A stretch of 64,000 nucleotides of DNA from an uncultured Spirochaetota bacterium. GTDB taxonomy: Bacteria; Spirochaetota; Spirochaetia; SZUA-6; CAVTHK01. Each line of letters begins with the position of its first letter. The stretch's first letter is position 1. A program made the position numbers and the translations under genes. The notes beneath the pieces were generated by a model, which saw nothing but the letters and a program-made list of their open reading frames with translations, ran no database searches and had not been told where the DNA came from. The stretch spans positions 1 to 64,000 of the forward strand of contig CAVTHK010000007.1 of NCBI GenBank assembly GCA_963734495.1. Reading direction: 5' to 3'. Of this stretch, positions 59,041 to 64,000 are shown piece after piece.

Positions 59041-59886
59041 TCAGCCGGCGGCGACCGGCTCCGGCTCGGCCTTCTGCGCGCTCGCGCGCTTCTCCGCGGC
59101 GAGGTCGATGATCGACTTCTGCGGGCACTTCGCCACGCAGATCGCGTGCATCCTGCACTTCGCGTAGTCGATGACCGCGAGGTTGTTCTTTACGACGATG
59201 GCCTGCTCGGGGCAGTTCTTCTCGCAGATCCTGCAGGCGGTGCAGGCCGTCGTGCAGACCTCCTTGGCCCTGCGAGCGCGGTCGAGGTTCGAGCACGCGA
59301 CCAGGACCTCCTGAGCGGCCGGAACCATCGAGATGATCTTTTTCGGACACGCGGCGATGCACTTCTTGCAGGCTTTGCACTTCTCCCTGTCGACGACCGC
59401 GATCCCCTCTTCGCTGAGATGGATGGCGTCGAAGGGGCAGACCTTGACGCAGCTCCCCATGCCCAGGCAGCCGTACGTGCAGGCCTTGTTCCCGCCGAAC
59501 TGCAGGGCGGCGGCCTGGCAGTCCTCCACTCCCACGTAGCGGAACCGCGTTCCGCACCGGCTCGTTCCCCCCTGGCAGGCGACGTACGCGACCTGGCGGG
59601 GGCCCGTCTCGACCGCGACGCCCATGATCTCGCCGAGCGCCTTTGCGACGGATTCGCCGCCGGCAACGCATCCGGTCGCCTCAGCCTTTCCCTCGAGCAG
59701 CGCGTCCGTCAGCCCCTGGCAGCCCGCAAAGCCGCAGGCGCCGCAGTTGGATCCGGGAAGCGCCGCGAGGATCTTCTCGGTCTTGGGATCGACCGTCACG
59801 TGGAAGCGGCGGAAGAAGGCCGCGAGCAGCACCGCGAACGCGGCGCCCAGGCCGCCCAGGACGAGTGTGGCGATGAGAATACTCAT
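59041..59886 (-). CDS. rnfB: Rnf complex subunit B (polyferredoxin)
   Basis: LPGSNCGACGFAGC and several CxxCxxCxxxCP motifs. Confidence 0.95.
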   Translation of the reverse strand: MSILIATLVLGGLGAAFAVLLAAFFRRFHVTVDPKTEKILAALPGSNCGACGFAGCQGLTDALLEGKAEATGCVAGGESVAKALGEIMGVAVETGPRQVAYVACQGGTSRCGTRFRYVGVEDCQAAALQFGGNKACTYGCLGMGSCVKVCPFDAIHLSEEGIAVVDREKCKACKKCIAACPKKIISMVPAAQEVLVACSNLDRARRAKEVCTTACTACRICEKNCPEQAIVVKNNLAVIDYAKCRMHAICVAKCPQKSIIDLAAEKRASAQKAEPEPVAAG

Positions 59887-60476
59887 AGGCCAAAGAGTCC
59901 TTTGAACCCGAGGAATGACAGCGACATCAGGCTCGCCGTGATGAACGCGATGGGATAGCCCTTGAACGACCTGGGGACCGGAGCGAAGTCGATGACCTCG
60001 CGGATGGCGGAGAACATCACCAGCGCCAGGAAGTAGCCGCAGCTCACGCCGAGGGAGTAGATGATGCTCTTGAAGAGGTCGAGCTGGTAGTCGATCGCGA
60101 GAAACGCGGCCGCGAGCACCGCGCAGTTGACCACGATCAGCGGCAGGTAGATGCCGAGCGCCCGGTAGAGCACGGGCATGGTCTTGCGGATGAACATCTC
60201 CTCGAGCTGCACGAACGTGGCGATCGTCAGGATGAAGGCCGCCGTCCGCAGGTACACCAGGTCGAAGGGCACCAGAAGATAGTGGTAGACCAGCCAGGAT
60301 ACCGTCGTCGCCATGAACATGACGAACACGACGGCCGTGCCCATCCCGATCGAGGCATTCATGTTGTTCGAGATGCCGAAGAACGAGCAGAGCGCGATGA
60401 AGCGGATGACCAGGATGTTGTTGACCAGGAGGGCGCTCAGGAAGATCAGAAAGAAGCTCATGTCGTTGGAGATCAT
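59883..60476 (-). CDS. rnfA: Rnf complex subunit A
   Basis: LVNNILV, GMGTAV, LGIYLPLIVVNCAVL. Confidence 0.95.
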   Translation of the reverse strand: MISNDMSFFLIFLSALLVNNILVIRFIALCSFFGISNNMNASIGMGTAVVFVMFMATTVSWLVYHYLLVPFDLVYLRTAAFILTIATFVQLEEMFIRKTMPVLYRALGIYLPLIVVNCAVLAAAFLAIDYQLDLFKSIIYSLGVSCGYFLALVMFSAIREVIDFAPVPRSFKGYPIAFITASLMSLSFLGFKGLFGL

Positions 60477-60478
60477 GC

Positions 60479-61069
60479 TCAGCTCCTCTTGAACAGCCGG
60501 TTCTGCAGCGCCTGCAGGAACCCCATGACGAGAAAGGCGCCCGGCGGCAGGATCATGATGAGGAAGGGCTGGTAGCTCGCCGGTGCTACGACGCTGCCGA
60601 ACACCGTCCCGGCCCCGAGCAGCTCGCGGATCACCCCGATCAGCGTGATCACGAACGTAAAGCCGATCCCCATCCCGATGCCGTCCGCCAGCGAGTGGAG
60701 GACCTCGTTCTTGCTGGAGAACGCCTCCGCCCTCCCCATCACGATGCAGTTGACCACGATCAGCGGCACGAAGACGCCCAGCGACCGCGACAGCACCGGG
60801 CTGTAGGCCTTGAGCGAGTAGTCGACGATCGTCACGAAGGTCGAGATCACGGTGATGAACACGGGAATACGGATCTGGCCGGGCACCATCCTGCGGATGG
60901 CGGCGACGACCACGTTCGAGCAGATCATCACGAAGCTGAAGGCCAGGCCCATGCCGAGAGCATCCGTGGCGCTCGTCGACGTTGCCAGCGTGGCGCACAG
61001 GCCCAGCATGATGACGGTGATCGGGTTCTGCTTGATGAACCCCTTTGTGATCTCCTGAACGAGCGTCAT
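60479..61069 (-). CDS. rnfE: Rnf complex subunit E
   Basis: LGLCATLA, PLIVVNC, GRAEAF, LPPGAF. Confidence 0.96.
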   Translation of the reverse strand: MTLVQEITKGFIKQNPITVIMLGLCATLATSTSATDALGMGLAFSFVMICSNVVVAAIRRMVPGQIRIPVFITVISTFVTIVDYSLKAYSPVLSRSLGVFVPLIVVNCIVMGRAEAFSSKNEVLHSLADGIGMGIGFTFVITLIGVIRELLGAGTVFGSVVAPASYQPFLIMILPPGAFLVMGFLQALQNRLFKRS

Positions 61070-61599
61070 GATTTCGCCCCCTGTGTGATGCGCTCGACCG
61101 CCGAGCGGACCCCGTTCGTCACGGCGCGCGAGGAGATGGTCGCGGCCGTGATCGCGTCGACCTTGCCCGAGCCCGGATCGTCCTTTTTCAGCTTGAGGCT
61201 CGCCGCGTCCAGCCCGACGAACTGGCCCGAGAACGCCTCACCGGTGATCTTCGCTCCGAGCCCCGGCGTTTCCGTGTGGCTGAGCACGCGCAGGCCCGTG
61301 AGCCTGTTCTGTTCGTCGAGACCGAAGGCGATGGAGATCGGGCCGCTGTAGCCCTGCACGGAGATGATCTGCACCATCCCGGCCGGCTTGCCGCCGCGCA
61401 CGGCCTCCCACCGGACGCCCGCGTCGACCTCGCGGAAGTCGTCGGCGCCGGGCATCACCACGTGGAACGCCTCGCGCCGCTCGATCTCCGCCTGAGCGGC
61501 GATCGGAGCCCTGGTGACCATGTTGACCACGGCCAGCGCTCCGGCTGCGAGCCCGCACACGAGAAACAGGATCGAGCCCATCCGAGTCACGTCCCGCAT
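61066..61599 (-). CDS. rnfG: Rnf complex subunit G
   Basis: GYSGPI, HTETPGLG, DAITAATISS (FMN site). Confidence 0.95.
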   Translation of the reverse strand: MRDVTRMGSILFLVCGLAAGALAVVNMVTRAPIAAQAEIERREAFHVVMPGADDFREVDAGVRWEAVRGGKPAGMVQIISVQGYSGPISIAFGLDEQNRLTGLRVLSHTETPGLGAKITGEAFSGQFVGLDAASLKLKKDDPGSGKVDAITAATISSRAVTNGVRSAVERITQGAKS

Positions 61600-61601
61600 G
61601 A

Positions 61602-62570
61602 TCAAGCCTCCCTGGACGCCCGCCGCGTGCCGAACCGGCGCGGGACGACGAACCGCTCGATCATCAGGTTCACGCAGTTCATGAACAGGATCGAATAGCA
61701 GACCCCTTCGGGGAACCCTCCCCACGCGCGCACGAGGAAGGTCACGACCCCGCAGCCCAGGCCGAAGACCAGCTTGCCGCGCCTGGTCGTCGGCGACGTC
61801 ACCATGTCGGTGGCCATGAAGAAGGCGCCGAGGATGAGGCCGCCGGAGAGGACTTCGAGCAGCGGGTCGCGGCCGAAGATCCAGGAGAGGAGCGCCACGC
61901 TTCCGATGAAGGTCGCGGGGACGCGCCAGTCGATCAGCTTCAGAGCCAGGAGCAGCAGCGCGCCCGCGAGGAGAGCCACCTTGCAGGTTTCCCCGAGAGA
62001 TCCCGGAACCGCCCCGAGCAGCAGGTCGCGGTAGCCCCAGGGCGGCTGCGTCACGGCGCCGCCGCGGGCCGCCTCCTTGAGCATCCCCAGGAGCGAGGCG
62101 CTCGAGACCGCGTCGGCTCCCCAGCGTCCGAGCACAGGCAGGCTCCAGCTCGTCATGACCACCGGCCACGACGAAAGCAGAATGGCGCGCCCGGCGAGGG
62201 CCGGGTTGAAGATGTTGAACCCGAGCCCGCCGAAGAGCTGCTTGACCAGGAAGATGGCCATGATCGCGCCGATGGCGGCCATCCAGAGCGGGATGGTGAC
62301 CGGCAGCGTGAACGCGAGCAGGATCCCGGTGACCACGGCGCTCCCGTCGCGGATGGTGACCTCCTTTCGGAACACCATCTGCGAAATCGCCTCCGTCGCG
62401 ACCGAGACGACGACGCAGGTCGCGATCACGGCGAAGGCGCGGAGGCCGAAGATCCAGACCGAGGCGGCCGCCGCGGGGAGCAGCGCCAGGATCACGGTCC
62501 CCATGACCCGCATCGTGTTCGCGGGCGCGCGGGAATGGGGAAAGGACGAAACCACGTAGCTCTGCGACAT
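61602..62570 (-). CDS. rnfD: Rnf complex subunit D
   Basis: KQLFGGLGFNIFNPA, GSLGET, FMATDMVTSP, FPEGV. Confidence 0.96.
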   Translation of the reverse strand: MSQSYVVSSFPHSRAPANTMRVMGTVILALLPAAAASVWIFGLRAFAVIATCVVVSVATEAISQMVFRKEVTIRDGSAVVTGILLAFTLPVTIPLWMAAIGAIMAIFLVKQLFGGLGFNIFNPALAGRAILLSSWPVVMTSWSLPVLGRWGADAVSSASLLGMLKEAARGGAVTQPPWGYRDLLLGAVPGSLGETCKVALLAGALLLLALKLIDWRVPATFIGSVALLSWIFGRDPLLEVLSGGLILGAFFMATDMVTSPTTRRGKLVFGLGCGVVTFLVRAWGGFPEGVCYSILFMNCVNLMIERFVVPRRFGTRRASREA

Positions 62571-62578
62571 GCCGGTAC

Positions 62579-63907
62579 TCACTTTTTCTGCTGCTTCGCT
62601 TGCGCCAGGTTCCACTTCGCGTGCCTGATGAGCTGGACCGTCGGCCTGTTCGACGAGCACACGTAGACGCAGGCGCCGCACTCGATGCAGTCGTAGACGC
62701 CCCAGGCCTCGGCCTCCGCGAAGGCGCCGCGCTCCGAGAGGCTCCCGAGCTTGTGCGGCACGAGGTACATCGGGCAGGCATCGACGCAGTTGCCGCACTT
62801 GACGCAGGGGCGGCTCGCCTCCTTGTCCGTGTCCTCCCGAAGCACGAGGATCCCGCTGGTCCCCTTGACGACCGGCACGTCGAGCGTGAACTGGGAGATC
62901 CCCATCATGGGGCCCCCCATGATCACCTTGAGCTCGCCGTCGAGCGCGATGCCGCCGGCCTGCTCGATCACTTCGGAGACCGATGTCCCGATGCGCACGA
63001 GCAGGTTCTGCGGCTCGCGCACCCCCGGGCCGCTGACCGTGACCACGCGGTCGATGAGCGGCTTGCCGAGGACGACGGCCTGGTACACGGCGCGGGCGGT
63101 CCCCACGTTCTGCACGAGGACGCCGACGTCGAACGGCAGGCCCCGGCTCGGGACCTCGCGGCCGAGGACCGCCTTGATGAGCTGCTTCTCGGCGCCCTGG
63201 GGGTACTTGACCTTGAGGCCGACCACCTGCACCCCGGGCTCGTCCGCGCACTGTTTCCTCAGGACGTCGATCGCGTCCGGCTTGTTCGCCTCGATGCAGA
63301 TGTACGCGCGCTCGACCGCGAGCACCTTGAGCAGGATCCTCATGCCCTCGAGGATCTCCTCCGGATGCTCGAGCATCAGGCGATGATCGCTCGTGAGGTA
63401 GGGCTCGCACTCGACGCCGTTCAGCAGGAGCGTATCGACCTTGCGCCCCTCGGGCGGGGAGAGCTTGATGTGCGTCGGGAACGCCGCGCCTCCCAGCCCG
63501 ACCACGCCCGCGGCCCGGATGCGCTCCTTGATCTCGTCGCGGCTCATCGCCCGCCAGTCCGCGTGGGACTCCCAGGCGGGCGCCTGCGGGGCTCCTCCGT
63601 CGCGCTCGATGACCACCGACGTGACGGGACGGGGGAACACCGGGTGGGCAGCGGGCTCGATGGCCGTGACCTTGCCCGAGATGGACGCGTGAACGGCCGC
63701 CGACAGCGGGGACTTCGACTCGCCGATCTTCTGCCCCGCCGTGACCAGGTCCCCGACGGCCACAGTCGGCTCGCAGGGCGCACCGGTGTGCTGGTGCAGC
63801 GGCACCACGACGCGGGCGGGCTCCGGCATCGAGCGGATCGGCTTCGCCTTGGTCAGTTCCTTGTGCCCGGGCGGATGCACTCCGCCTCGGAAGCTCTTAA
63901 GACGCAT
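62579..63907 (-). CDS. rnfC: Rnf complex subunit C
   Basis: GLGGAAFPT, NGVECEPYL, YPQGAEKQL, GGPMMG, two 4Fe-4S motifs. Confidence 0.97.
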   Translation of the reverse strand: MRLKSFRGGVHPPGHKELTKAKPIRSMPEPARVVVPLHQHTGAPCEPTVAVGDLVTAGQKIGESKSPLSAAVHASISGKVTAIEPAAHPVFPRPVTSVVIERDGGAPQAPAWESHADWRAMSRDEIKERIRAAGVVGLGGAAFPTHIKLSPPEGRKVDTLLLNGVECEPYLTSDHRLMLEHPEEILEGMRILLKVLAVERAYICIEANKPDAIDVLRKQCADEPGVQVVGLKVKYPQGAEKQLIKAVLGREVPSRGLPFDVGVLVQNVGTARAVYQAVVLGKPLIDRVVTVSGPGVREPQNLLVRIGTSVSEVIEQAGGIALDGELKVIMGGPMMGISQFTLDVPVVKGTSGILVLREDTDKEASRPCVKCGNCVDACPMYLVPHKLGSLSERGAFAEAEAWGVYDCIECGACVYVCSSNRPTVQLIRHAKWNLAQAKQQKK

Positions 63908-64000
63908 GCCCTCACCTCTCGGAAACAGGCTTGCCGGGCGTAGTTAATTTCGTTCCGGCCTCGACGTCGCCGGCGGCGCGGACCGCCGTGCACCGCGGCC

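Noticed and set aside
9453-63943. Many long antisense or alternate-frame ORFs (e.g. 24856-26895, 37768-39873, 50768-52951, 56444-58858)
   Set aside because: Arg/Ala/Pro/Gly-rich shadow ORFs expected at high GC; each overlaps a motif-supported gene.

Overview
High-GC bacterial chromosome segment. The AGGxKE-type N-terminus of a solute-binding protein and the rnfCDGEAB gene order suggest an anaerobic Spirochaetota-like organism (inference). The window opens at the 3' end of tmRNA. About 7 kb of visibly lower-GC, island-like DNA follows, carrying: a universal stress protein, a decayed RNase II fragment, an E/K/R-rich helical protein, an HTH protein, Hsp20, a duplicated ~135-180 bp non-coding element, an ankyrin-Rid fusion lipoprotein lacking the catalytic Arg, a transposase remnant, an AsmA-like protein and DUF3309. 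The rest is mostly catabolic and stress genes: LarA-family racemase, phosphoesterase, YegD-like Hsp70, two radical SAM enzymes, carboxylesterase, GH4, GH1, GH15, GH42-like and GHL-type hydrolases, MlrC, a URO-D-like protein, Eis-type GNAT, two acetamidase paralogs, transaldolase, glucose dehydrogenase, erythrin-VIT1, two ATPase-less ABC importers, GAF-PtsP, MFS, M1 aminopeptidase and a complete rnf operon. About eleven genes carry small frameshifts, most likely long-read indels. No CRISPR array, rRNA, complete tRNA, integrase or reverse transcriptase was seen. Best candidates for something new: the ankyrin-Rid lipoprotein with its stand-alone ankyrin paralog, the duplicated structured element, and the importer + esterase + amidase operon. 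All family calls are from motif recognition by eye; no database searches were run.
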